In this document: positions 1-11,807 of the stretch, one piece after another
Numbering within the stretch: position 1 is the stretch's first letter
Layout of the letters: every line of letters begins with the position of its first letter
From: Octopus sinensis
Lineage: Eukaryota
NCBI RefSeq assembly: GCF_006345805.1
Contig: NW_021835116.1
Span: 1 to 41,219, forward strand
Direction: 5' to 3'
DNA length: 41,219 bases
Notes under the pieces: model-generated
The model's input: the letters and a program-made list of their open reading frames with translations, nothing else
The model's database searches: none
Told to the model about the DNA's origin: nothing
Made by a program: the position numbers and the translations under genes

Positions 1-3000
1 ACATCACTGGATTTTGGTTTTAAATTTTGGCAGAAGGAAGGCCAGCAATTTCAGGAGAGTGTCTAAGTCAATTACATCAACACCAGTGATCAACTTGTAC
101 TTATTTTATTGACCCTAAACATCACTGAGATTTTGGTTTCAAATTTTGGCACGAATGCCAACAATTTCAGGATAGGACTAAGTCAATACATCAACCCCAG
201 TGATCAACTGGTACTTATTTTATTGACCATATACTTCACTGAGATTTTGGTTTTAATTTTGGCAGAGCCAGCATTTCGCGAGAGTAGAGTGGCTCAGTCA
301 ATTACATCAACCACAGTGATCAACTGGTACTTATTTTATTGACCATAAACATCACTGGAATTTTGGTTTTTTAAATTTTGGCACAAGGCCAGCAATTTCA
401 GGAGAGTCAGGAGAGTGGCTAAGTCAATTAAATCAAACCCAGTGATCAACTGGTACTTATTTTATTGACCATAAACATCACTGGAATTTTGGTTTCAAAT
501 TTTGGCAGAAGGCCAGCAATTTCAGGAGAGTGACTAAGTCAATTACATCAACCCCTGTGATCAACTGGTACTTATTTTATTGACCCTAAACATCACTGGA
601 ATTTTGGATTTAAATTTTTGCAGAAGGCCAGCAATTTCAAGAGAGTGGCTAAGTCAATTACATCAACCCCAGTGCTCAACTGGTACTTATTTTATTGACC
701 ATAAACATCACTGGAATTTTGGTTTTAAATTTTGGCAGAAGGCCAGCAATTTCAGGAGAGGATTAAGTCAATTACATCAACCCCAGTGATCAACTGGTAC
801 TTATTTTATTGACCATAAACATCACTGAGATTTTGCTTTCAAATTTTGGCACAAGGCCAGCAATTTCAGGAGAAGATTAAGTCAATTACATCAACCCTAG
901 TGCCGAACTGTTACTTATTTTATTGACCATAAACATCACTGAGATTTTGGTTTCTAATTTTGGCACAAGGCCAACAATTTCAGGATAGTGACTAAGTCAA
1001 TTACATCAACCCCAGTGATCAACTGGTACTTATTTTATCGACCATAAACATCACTGAGATTTTGGTTTTAAATTTTGGCAGAAGGCCAGCAATTTCGCAA
1101 GAGTGGCTCAGTCAATTACATCAAACCCAGTGTTCAACTGATACTTATTTTATTGACCATAAACATCACTGGAAATTTGGTTTTAAATTTTGGCACAAGG
1201 CCAGCAATTTCAGGAGAGTGGCTAAGTCAATTAAATGGAACTCAGTGTTCAACTGTTACTTATTTTATTGACCATAAACATCACTGGAGTTTTGGTTTCA
1301 AATTTTGGCACAAGGCCAGTAATTTCAGGAGAGTGGCTAAGTCAATTACATCAATCCCAGTGCTCAACTTGTACTTATTTTATTGAACATAAACATCACT
1401 GAGATTTTGCTTTCAAATTTTGGAACAAGGCCAGCAATTTCAGGAGAGGACTAAGTCAATTACATCAAACCTAGTGCTCAACTGGTACTTTTTTTATTGA
1501 CCATAAACATCACTGAGATTTTGGTTTTAAATTTTGGCACGAGGCCAGCAATTTCCGGAAAGTGGCTAAGTCAATTACATCAACCCCAGTGCTCAACTGC
1601 TACTTATTTTATTGACCATAAACATCACTGAGAATTTGTTTTCTAATTTTGGCACAGGGCCAGCAATTTCAGGAGAGTGGCTAAGTCAATTACATCAACC
1701 CCAGTGCTCAACTGGTACTTATTTCATTGACCATAAACATCACTGAGATTTTGGTTTCTAATTTTGGCACAAGGCCAACAATTTCAGGAGAGTGACTAAG
1801 TCAATTACATCAACCCCAGTGATCAACTGGTACGTATTTTATCGACCATAAACATCACTGAGATTTTGGTTTTAAATTTTGGCAGAAGGCCAGCATTTCG
1901 CAAGAGAGAGTGGCTAGTCAATTACATCAAACCCAGTTTTCAACTGATACTTATTTTATGACCATAAACATCACTGGAAATTGGTTTAAATTTTGGCACA
2001 AGGCCAGCAATTTCAGGAGAGTGGCTAAGTCAATTAAATGGAACTCAGTGGTCAACTGGTACTTATTTTATTGACCATAAACATCACTGGAGTTTTGGTT
2101 TCAAATTTTGGCACAAGGCCAGTAATTTCAGGAGAGTGGCTAAGTCAATTACATCAATCCCAGTGCTCAACTTGTACTTATTTTATTGACCTAAACATCA
2201 CTGGATTTTTGCTTTCAATTTTGGCACAAGCCAGCAATTTCAGGAGAGGACTAAGTCAATTACATCAAACCTAGTGCTCAACTGGTACTTTTTTTATTGA
2301 CCATAAACATCACTGAGATTTTGGTTTTAAATTTGGGCACGAGGCCAGCAATTCCGGAAAGTGGCTAAGTCATATACATCAACCCCAGTGCTCTCAACTG
2401 ATACTTATTTTATTGACCATAAAATCAATGAGAATTTGTTTTCTAATTTTGGCACAAGGCCAGCAATTTCAGGAGAGTGGCTACGTCAATTACATCAACA
2501 CAGTGCTCAACTGGTACTTATTTCATTGACCATAAAAACATCACTGAGATTTTGGTTCTAATTTTGGCACAAGGCCGCAATTTCAGGATAGTGACTAAGT
2601 CAATTACATCAACCCCAGTGCTCAACTGGTACTATTTATTGACCATAAACATCACTGGAATTTTGGTTTCCAATTTTGGCAGAAGCCCAGCAATTTCAGG
2701 AGAGTGGCTAAGTCATTACATCAACCCCAGTGCTCAACTGGTACTTATTTTATTGGCCATAAAATCACTGGAATTTTGGTTTCAAATTTTGGCAGAAGGC
2801 CAGCAATTTCAGGAGAGTGACTAAGTCAATTACATCAACCCCAGTGATCAACTGGTAATATTTTATCGACCATAAACATCACTGAGATTTTGGTTTTAAA
2901 TTTGGCAGAACGCCAGCAATTTCGCAAGAGTGGCTTAGTCAATTACATCAACCCCAGTGCTCAACTGGTACTTATTTTATTGACCATAAACTCACTGGAA

Positions 3001-6000
3001 TTTGGTTTTAAATTTTGGCACAAGGCCAGCAATTTCAGGAGAGTGGCTAAGTCATTATCAAACCCAGTGTTCAACTGATACTTATTTTATTGACCATAAA
3101 CATCACTGGAAATTTGGTTTTAAATTTTGGCACAAGGCCAGCAATTTGAGGAGAGTGGCTAAGTCAATTAAATGAAACCCAGTGTTCAACTGTTACTTAT
3201 TTTATTGACCATAAAATCACTGGAATTTTGGTTTCAAATTTTGGCACAAGGCCAGCAATTTCAGGAGAGTGGCTAAGTCAATTACATCAACCCCAGTGCT
3301 CAACTTGTACTTATTTTATTGAACGTAAACATCACTGAGATTGTTTTCAAATTTTGGAACAAGGCCAGCAATTTCAGGAGAGGACTAAGTCAATTACATC
3401 AACCTAGTGCTCAATTGGTACTTTTTTTATTGACCATAAACATCACTGAGATTTTGGTTTTAAATTTTGGCACGGCCAGCAATTTCCGGAGAGTGGCTAA
3501 GTCAATTACATCAACCCCAGTGCTCAACTGGTACTTATTTTATTGACCATAAACATCACTGAGAATTTGTTCTAATTTTGGCACAGGGCCAGCAATTTCA
3601 GGAGAGTGGCTAAGTCAATTACATCAACCCCACTGCTCAACTGGTACTTATTTCATTGACCATAAACATCACTGAGATTTTGGTTTCTAATTTTGGCACA
3701 AGGCCAGCAATTTCAGGATAGTGACTAAGTCAATTACATCAACCCCAGTGCTCAACTGGTACTTATTTTATTGACCATGCACAACACTGGAATTTTGGTT
3801 TCCAATTTTGGCAGAAGGCCAGCAATTTCAGGAGAGTGACTAAGTCAATTGCATCAACCCCAGTGCTCAATTGGTACTTATTTTTTGACCATAAACATCA
3901 CTGAGATTTTGGTTTCAAATTTTGGCACAAGGCCAGCAATTTCAGGAGAGTGACTAAGTCAATTACATCAACCCCAGTGATCAACTGGTACTTATTTTAT
4001 TGACCATAAACTTCACTGAGATTTTGGTTTTAAATTTTGGCAGAAGGCCAGCAATTTCGCGAGAGTGGCTAAGTCAATTACATCAACCCCAGTGCTCAAC
4101 TGGTAATTATTTTATCGACCATAAACATCACTGAGATTTTGGTTTTAAATTTTGGCAGAAGGCCAGCAATTTCAGGATAGTGACTAAGTCAATTACATCA
4201 ACCCCAGTGCTCAACTGGTACTTATTTTATTGACCATGCACAACACTGGAATTTTGGTTTCCAATTTTGGCAGAAGGCCAGCAATTTCAGGAGAGTGACT
4301 AAGTCAATTGCATCAACCCCAGTGCTCAATTGGTACTTATTTTATTGACCATAAACATCACTGAGATTTTGGTTTCAAATTTTGGCACAAGGCCAGCAAT
4401 TTCAGGAGAGTGACTAAGTCAATTACATCAACCCCAGTGATCAACTGGTACTTATTTTATTGACCATAAACTTCACTGAGATTTTGGTTTTAAATTTTGG
4501 CAGAAGGCCAGCAATTTCGCGAGAGTGGCTCAGTCAATTACATCAACCCCAGTGCTCAACTGGTACTTATTTTATTGACCATAAACATCACTGGAATTTT
4601 GGTTTTAAATTTTGGCACAAGGCCAGCAATTTCAGGAGAGTGGCTAAGTCAATTAAATCAAACCCAGTGTTCAACTGGTACTTATTTTATTGACCATAAA
4701 CATCACTGGAATTTTGGTTTTAAATTTTGGCACAAGGCCAGCAATTTCAGGAGAGTGGCTAAGTCAATTAAATGGAAATCAGTGTTCAACTGTTACTTAT
4801 TTTATTGACCATAAACATCACTGGAGTTTTGGTTTCAAATTTTGGCACAAGGCCAGTAATTCAGGAGAGTGGCTAAGTCAATTACATCAATCCCAGTGCT
4901 CAACGTGTACTTATTTTATTGAACATAAACATCACTGAGATTTTGCTTTCAAATTTTGGAACAAGGCCAGCAATTTCAGGAGAGGACTAAGTCAATTACA
5001 TCAACCTAGTGCTCAACTGGTACTTTTTTTATTGACCATAAACATCACTGAATTTTGGTTTTAAATTTTGCACGAGGCCAGCAATTTCCGGAAAGGGGCT
5101 AAGTCAATTACATCAACCCCAGTGCTCAACTGGTACTTATTTTATTGACCATAAACATCACTGAGAATTTGTTTTCTAATTTTGGCACAGGGCCAGCAAT
5201 TTCAGGAGAGTGGCTAAGTCAATTACATCAACCCCAGTGCTCAACTGGTACTTATTTCATTGACCATAAACATCACTGAGATTTTGGTTTCTAATTTTGG
5301 CACAAGGCCAGCAATTTCAGGATAGTGACTAAGTCAATTACATCAACCCCAGTGCTCAACTGGTACTTATTTTATTGACCATACACATCACTGGAAGTTT
5401 GGTTTCCAATTTTGGCAGAAGCCCAGCAATTTCAGGAGAGTGGCTAAGTCAATTCCATCAACCCTAGTGCTCAACTGGTACTTATTTTATTGACCCTAAA
5501 CATCACTGAGATTTTGGTTTCAAATTTTGGCATAATCCCAGCAATTTCAGGAGAGTGACTAAATCAATTACATCAACCCCAGTGATCAACTGGTAATTAT
5601 TTTATCGACCATAAACATCACCGAGATTTTGGTTTTAAATTTTGGCAGAACGCCAGCAATTTCGCAAGAGTGGCTTAGTCAATTACATCAACCCCAGTGC
5701 TCAACTGGTACTTATTTTATTGACCATAAACATCACTGGAATTTTGGTTTTAAATTTTGGCACAAGGCCAGCAATTTCAGGAGAGTGGCTAAGTCAATTA
5801 AATCAAACCCAGTGTTCAACTGATACTTATTTTATTGACCATAAACATCACTGGAAATTTGGTTTTAAATTTTGGCACAAGGCCAGCAATTTGAGGAGAG
5901 TGGCTAAGTCAATTAAATGAAACTCAGTGTTCAACTGTTACTTATTTTATTGACCATAAACATCACTGGAATTTTGGTTTCAAATTTGTGCACAAGGCCA

Positions 6001-7382
6001 GCAATTTCAGGAGAGTGGCTAAGTCAATTACATCAACCCCAGTGCTCAACTTGTACTTATTTTATTGAACGTAAACATCACTGAGATTTTGCTTTCAAAT
6101 TTTGGAACAAGGCCAGCAATTTCAGGAGAGGACTAAGTCAATTACATCAACCCTAGTGCTCAATTGGTACTTTTTTTATTGACCATAAACATCACTGAGA
6201 TTTTGGTTTTAAATTTTGGCACGAGGCCAGCAATTTCCGGAGAGTGGCTAAGTCAATTACATCAACCCCAGTGCTCAACTGGTACTTATTTTATTGACCA
6301 TAAACATCACTGAGAATTTGTTTTCTAATTTTGGCACAGGGCCAGCAATTTCAGGAGAGTGGCTAAGTCAATTACATCAACCCCACTGCTCAACTGGTAC
6401 TTATTTCATTGACCATAAACATCACTGAGATTTTGGTTTCTAATTTTGGCACAAGGCTAGCAATTTCAGGATAGTGACTAAGTCAATTACATCAACCCAG
6501 TGCTCAACTGGTACTTATTTTATTGACCATGCACAACACTGGAATTTGGTTCCAATTTTGGCAGAAGGCCAGCAATTTCAGGAGAGTGACTAAGTCAATT
6601 GCATCAACCCCAGTGCTCAATTGGTACTTATTTTTTGACCATAAACATCACTGAGATTTTGGTTTCAAATTTTGGCACAAGGCCAGCAATTTCAGGAGAG
6701 TGACTAAGTCAATTACATCAACCCAGTGATCAACTGGTACTTATTTTATTGACCATAAACTTCACTGAGATTTTGGTTTTAAATTTTGGCAGAAGGCCAG
6801 CAATTTCGCGAGAGTGGCTAAGTCAATTACATCAACCCCAGTGCTCAACTGGTACTTATTTTATGACCATAAACATCACTGGAATTTTTGTTTTAAATTT
6901 TGGCAGAAGGCCAGCAATTTCAGGAGAGTGGCTAAGTCAATTACATCAACCCCAGTGCTCAACTGGTACTTATTTTTTGGCATAAAACATCACTGGAATT
7001 TTGGTTTCAAATTTTGGCAGAAGGCCAGCAATTTCAGGAGAGTGACTAAGTCAATTACATCAACCCCAGTGATCAACTGGTACTTATTTTATTGACCATA
7101 AACATCACTGCAATTTTGGTTTTAAATTTTGGCAGAAGGCCAGCAATTTCAGGAGAGTGACTAAGTCAATTACATCAACCCCAGTGATCAACTGGTACTT
7201 ATTTTATTGACCATAAACATCACTGGAATTTTGGTTTCAAATTTTGGCAGAAGGCCAGCAATTTCAGGAGAGTGACTAAGTCAATTACATCAACCCCAGT
7301 GATCAACTGGTACTTATTTTATTGACCATAAACAACACTGGAGTTTTGGTTTCAAATTTTGGCGGAAGGCTTGCAATTTCAG
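1..7382. repeat. Tandem satellite array, ~115-bp monomer (left array, ~64 monomers, truncated by window start)
   Basis: Head-to-tail copies of ...AAACATCACTGGAATTTTGGTTTCAAATTTTGGCACAAGGCCAGCAATTTCAGGAGAGTGGCTAAGTCAATTACATCAACCCCAGTGCTCAACTGGTACTTATTTTATTGACCAT... with no unique spacers. The last degenerate monomer ends at ~7382. Confidence 0.98.
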
Positions 7383-7387
7383 AAGAA

Positions 7388-7810
7388 ATTACCTGACATT
7401 ACTTTCCATATGAGGAAAAACCATGATACTGTTCTAAAGTTGGATGCAACATTTCCCTTCCCAGGATCCTTAGCACATAACAATGTCTGTCCCTTTGTCT
7501 TCTTGCTGGGTACTGCACCTTCCCACAAGCACTCATCTAGCTGTTACGCTATCCTTTCATGAAGCTCTCTCAGCTTGTTTGTCCAATAACCCGTGACCCC
7601 ATCCAATCCTGAGCTTTTCCCTTTTGGGAATTTTCTTAACTGCTTTTTTATAATTTCTGTAGTTATTTTTATTCTTGGACTTCTATATTTCTTAACCTAT
7701 TTTGGATTTCATGCAACCACTCAGCTTCATTATTATGATCTGCAGATTGGTCCCAGATCCCTCTCCAGAATGCCCTGCTTTCCTCTACTTCCGGTATCAT
7801 TGTTATACGT
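7388..7810 (-). mobile_element. Degenerate R4/Dong-like (RLE) non-LTR retrotransposon fragment, N-terminal RT region
   Basis: Minus-strand translation IPEVEESRAFWRGIWDQSADHNNEAEW...KKQLRKFPKGKSSGLDGVTGYWTNKLRELHERIA*QLDECL...KGQTLLCAKDPGKGNVASNFRTVS matches the FW..IW / PGPDG..GYW.K / T.L..KD....NYRPI pattern of R4/Dong RTs. It has stops and frameshifts. Confidence 0.8.
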
Positions 7811-7829
7811 AATTGCACATCCAGTTCCT

Positions 7830-8340
7830 GAAATATTTAGTCAAACAGTTTTGTGTGAATATTATGAAATTCCTCTCTCATTTTATTCATTCCTCCAGGG
7901 TATGTTTTTAATAACCCACAAACATTTCTCCTCGTGCATTTTGAGTATTGAAAGTGAAACAGATTTAGAATATTTACTGAGAACATGCACTTTCTCGAGT
8001 CTTTTTCAAAATTGCAGCCATTTGATGCAAAATGTTCAGCAAGTTCCGTCCAATTACCGTTATTGTGCCTGATGTCATATCTGTGCCCATTAATCTTTTG
8101 TTTAATTGTTCTTTTGTGCAACCAACATAAACAAGTTGTGTTTCGTGCATTTGCTGCATACACCAAATGGGAATCTCTACATGTCCCACCTTCTGTATAA
8201 ATCATAACATTTCTGATATGATACCTGATGGAATTCACTTGATTCATGTTGTTGTACAATGAACAGGGCTTACCTCTTTTGCAGGTCTTTTTCAAGATAT
8301 GACGTTCAGAAATTCCAGTGTTAGAGTTCTTGGAGTTAAA
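7830..8340 (-). mobile_element. Penelope-like element remnant, GIY-YIG endonuclease region
   Basis: Pieces in two frames: CKRGKPCSLY...GGTCRDSHLVYAA / LVYVGCTKEQLNKRL / NGHRYDIRH...TELAEHF, matching the PLE GIY-YIG motifs (VY..C, YVG.T, R..GHR..I, .L..HF). Confidence 0.8.
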
Positions 8341-8499
8341 GCTAGTGGTTAATATTTATCTTATATTCTTAATAAATTTGTTCCTTTCCCAAAAGGAAAG
8401 GTTTTTCAATTGCCTATGAAAATCCACAGAAGTCATTCACTTTCTATCACCCACCCAGAAATGGTTTACTCCTAGAAAGATGACTAAAAGTTATGAGTT

Positions 8500-8800
8500 C
8501 CTCACATGAACATTTCAAACCATTTTTATCACTGAATAGGTTCCATATTTTGAGTGAAGAATTTAAGCAAAACCCAAAAAGTAGTCACAGATCTAATGAA
8601 AGTGAAACTCTGAAAAGCACTCTCCCAAGAAAATCCATCATACGAGTGAATAAATTTATCTAAACTAAAACTTTCACCAGACGATGTTCCTGTCTTGGTG
8701 CTGGAATTGAGTTTCTGCCCAAAGACTAAGAATTTTGACAAGAATAAAATCTAGCTCAAGGGCTATCCACTGTCACAAGCTGAAGGAATGTTTTTTTATA
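8500..8800 (+). mobile_element. Penelope-like element remnant, N-terminal ORF region (inverted relative to the adjacent GIY-YIG piece)
   Basis: Plus-strand NLSKLKLSPDDVPVLVLELSFCPKTKNFDK at ~8653-8740 resembles the conserved PLE N-terminal motif NLS...LS..E..VL..GL.F.P. Boundaries are approximate. Confidence 0.55.
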
Positions 8801-8849
8801 ACATACAAGCAGCGATACTTGGCATTGCTTGGGATTAAAATGGCATAGT

Positions 8850-9138
8850 TTTTTGCTGTTTTACTTGTTTCAGTCATGTGAATGGCCATGCTGTAGCACC
8901 AACTTTAGTCAAACAACCAGACCCAAGTATTTATTCTTTGTAAGCATAGTATTTATTCTGTTGTTGTCTTTTGCCGAACTGCTAAGTTATGGGGACCTAA
9001 ACACAACATCATTTGTCAAGCAATGGTGGGGGTACAAACACAGACATACACACAAACATACATATCTATACGACAGTCTTCTTTCAGTTTCCATGTGCAA
9101 ATTCCACTCACAAGGTTTAGTTGGCCTGAGGCCATAAT
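8850..9138 (-). mobile_element. Octopus-type tRNA-derived SINE (head truncated)
   Basis: Reverse complement contains CCTTGTGAGTGGAATTTGCACATGGAAACTGAAAGAAGACTGTCGTATA...AACTTAGCAGTTCGGCAAAAGAC...GGTGCTACAGCATGGCC...TGACTGAAACAAGTAAAA. It is homologous to the in-window pieces at 23425-23480, 25129-25248, 26119-26203 and 32135-32283. Confidence 0.75.
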
Positions 9139-9149
9139 GTATGCAATTA

Positions 9150-9167
9150 TACACACACACACATCCC

Positions 9168-9202
<35 letters not shown>

Positions 9203-9985
9203 GTATATAAAATATATGCATATATTATACATATATATATTATATATATATAACTCTTCTCCCCTCTTCATCTTATCTCCTCCTCGACTCTAACTTCTCT
9301 TCACCCTACTCTCTTACCCTCTTCTCTCTTACTCTCTTCTCTCTGCTCCCTCACTCTCCTTCTCTCCTCTCTCTTCCCCCTCCCTCCTCCTACCCAACTC
9401 TCCTCTCCTGCCCCGACTCCTACTTCTCTTTACTCCTACTACTCTTCACCCTACTCTCTTTCCCTCTTCTCTCTTACTCTCTTTCTCTCTTCTCTCTTTC
9501 CCCTGTTTCCCTCTTCTTTGTTACTCTCTTTCTCTCTTCTCTCTTTCTCTCTTCTATCTTTTTCTCACTTCCCTCTTTCTCTCTTCTCTTTTTCTCTTTC
9601 TCTCTTCTCTCTTACTCTCTTTCTCTCTTCTCTCCTCCTCTCTCTCCTCACCTATCCACCTTCCTCTCCCATAAGCCCACCCACCCACCCTTGCACATTC
9701 CTACACCACCTTCCCTATCCTTCCCATCCCCCATCCTATCCCACGACCCTCTCCCACATACCTCACCTATACCCCCACCCTCTGCCTACCCACAAAACCC
9801 AACTCTACCCCAACCCTCAGCCGACCCCACACCACACCACACTACACCATACAACATTACACATCACATCACACCACACCACCCACACACCCATCCCCAC
9901 ATTTTCACACCTACACATACATACATGCACACGTCCACACCACCAGCCCTCTTTCACACGCACATACATACTTTCTTATACACAC
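9150..9985. repeat. (CA)n/(TA)n microsatellite followed by CT-rich and CA-rich low-complexity tract
   Basis: Direct inspection: (TA)n at ~9168-9250, pyrimidine-rich CTCT runs at ~9255-9650, CCCA/CACA-rich sequence to ~9985. Confidence 0.9.
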
Positions 9986-10120
9986 ATGCACCTTCGTGTT
10001 GGGGGTCATTTTTACTTTGTTATCTCCCCTACTTTCCCTCTATTGTGTGACCCTTCTGTCAGAGTCAGTCGCCATCACAGATCGTTAGCCACTACACACA
10101 TTTATTTTTTTCTCTCCTTG

Positions 10121-10170
10121 TTCTTTCTGTGTCCCTTTCTGTAGAAGAGCGTAGGCTCGAAACATAAAAG
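10121..10170 (+). ncRNA. Degenerate minimal type I hammerhead-ribozyme-like motif in a probable Penelope 3' terminal repeat
   Basis: GTC (10131-10133), then CTGTAGA-A-GAGC-GTAG-GCTC-GAAAC-ATAAAAG. Stem II is GAGC/GCTC and stem III can pair around the GTC. The core reads CUGUAGA instead of CUGANGA. Confidence 0.45.
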
Positions 10171-11006
10171 ACTTTTTCTATTCCTGAGCGTTGTACTAAT
10201 ACATCTGTTTATTTTGAACACTACTTGTCTTCGTCTTTTGTTTTTTTCATAAACTCTCATATATCACCGTGATCACAGTGAGGCCATAATATATGCAAAT
10301 ATACACACACACACATATATATATATTATATATATATATATATATAATCAAAATAAGCAACAAGTATATCCGAGGTACAATTGTTTCATGCTACTTCATT
10401 TTATTAAACACTTTAAGTTTTAAAATGTCGAGCAATCTTCAGCCACTTATAGAATTTTCCAATCAAACGGACAATGCACATTCTTATCCCTCTTCCATTT
10501 GCCAACATTACAAAGAGGGTAGATATATAGACAGAGAGGTTGGTTTCATTCTTAAGAACATGATAGTAGTATGTTCACTCTGAGTCTGTAGATTTTATCA
10601 TTGAGTTCACTTTGTTATTTAGATCTGTCAGTGGGGAGGGGGATTCTAATTTTGGTTAGACGGAGACAAAGAATTTTTTCTATTTATAGATATAGGAAGG
10701 GGTAGTACAAATGTGAAAACCATAAACCTATTCCCATTTTGAGGAATTCAGTTTAGATACATTTGAATGTATTATAGCAAAAAGCTTGTAGGTTGAAGTT
10801 AGAGGGGTAGGGGGAACATAGACTACTAGTGCTCTAGAGGTTTTCAATGTCCCTTACCATTTAACATCCAGATTCTATATTAAGAAATTTAAGTAAATAT
10901 TCTTTAGATAATTTTCTAAAGGATTTCAATAAATCTTAGTATCTTATATAAGGATAGAAAATATAGAAATCATTTCATATTTATATAAATATAAATATAT
11001 ATATAT

Positions 11007-11459
11007 CCATTTCTATTAATATAGAATCATAATTAGCTAGTAAATGGTGATTTTTTTAATGAGCTAAATTAAAAGAAAACGTTATACATAATATAACTGT
11101 GGAAAAAAAATAACTTTATTAATTTAGCACATATATCAGGAGTCAATAAGATATATTAAAAAGTAATGGAAGGGAGGTAATCAAGATGAACCAAGTAATT
11201 TCTCTAGATATATAGAATTTTTTGCACTTATTTCATATCTATATATCTCCATTTCTATTAATATAGAATCATAATTAGCAAGTAAATGGTGATTTATTTT
11301 ATTAATGAGTCGAATTAAAAGAATATGTTAGACATAATATTTACTTACTGTGGAGAAAAACTTTATCAATTTATTAAATATATCAGGAGTCAATATTAAA
11401 AAGTAATGGAAGGGAGGTAATCAAGATGAACCAAGTAATTTCCCTAGATATATAGAATT
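11007..11459. repeat. Diverged tandem duplication of a ~215-240-bp AT-rich unit
   Basis: CCATTTCTATTAATATAGAATCATAATTAGC...AAAAGTAATGGAAGGGAGGTAATCAAGATGAACCAAGTAATTTC.CTAGATATATAGAATT occurs at ~11007-11220 and again at ~11248-11459. Confidence 0.85.
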
Positions 11460-11735
11460 CTTTTCAATCCTATATAGGAGAGTATTAAAAAAATTCTAAT
11501 TTCATTACATTCAGATTTATATATATAATGAAATTTCTTAGTAATCTATGCAGGTTAAATAAAAGCTAGTATGGTATATTAATTTTTTAATTTGGTTACA
11601 AAATATTAGGATTTGAAAATTTAGGTATGGTCAGAATGTTATTATTTAAAATACTTAAACGTACGGGTAGCACAATGTATACAAAATACTCCTAGTTCGG
11701 AACGGTTATTTAATATGTTTGTATTATTCCTATGT

Positions 11736-11794
11736 TTTAAAATTTCATATGTCTCCATAGAACTTTATTCTATGGAGACATATGAAATTTTAAA
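11736..11794. repeat. Perfect 27-bp inverted repeat with 5-nt loop
   Basis: TTTAAAATTTCATATGTCTCCATAGAA-CTTTA-TTCTATGGAGACATATGAAATTTTAAA. Confidence 0.95.
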
Positions 11795-11807
11795 TGTCTC
11801 CATAGAA

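Noticed and set aside
1-7382. CRISPR array or repeat-protein gene in the satellite (many short ORFs such as MTINITGILVLNFG...)
   Set aside because: The monomers are contiguous with no unique spacers and there are no cas genes. 115 bp is not a multiple of 3, so the ORFs cycle through frames and stop often. The same applies to 34105-41219.
9518-10144. 208-aa Leu/Ser/His/Pro-rich ORF
   Set aside because: It is a translation of CT- and CA-rich low-complexity DNA with no domain signal.
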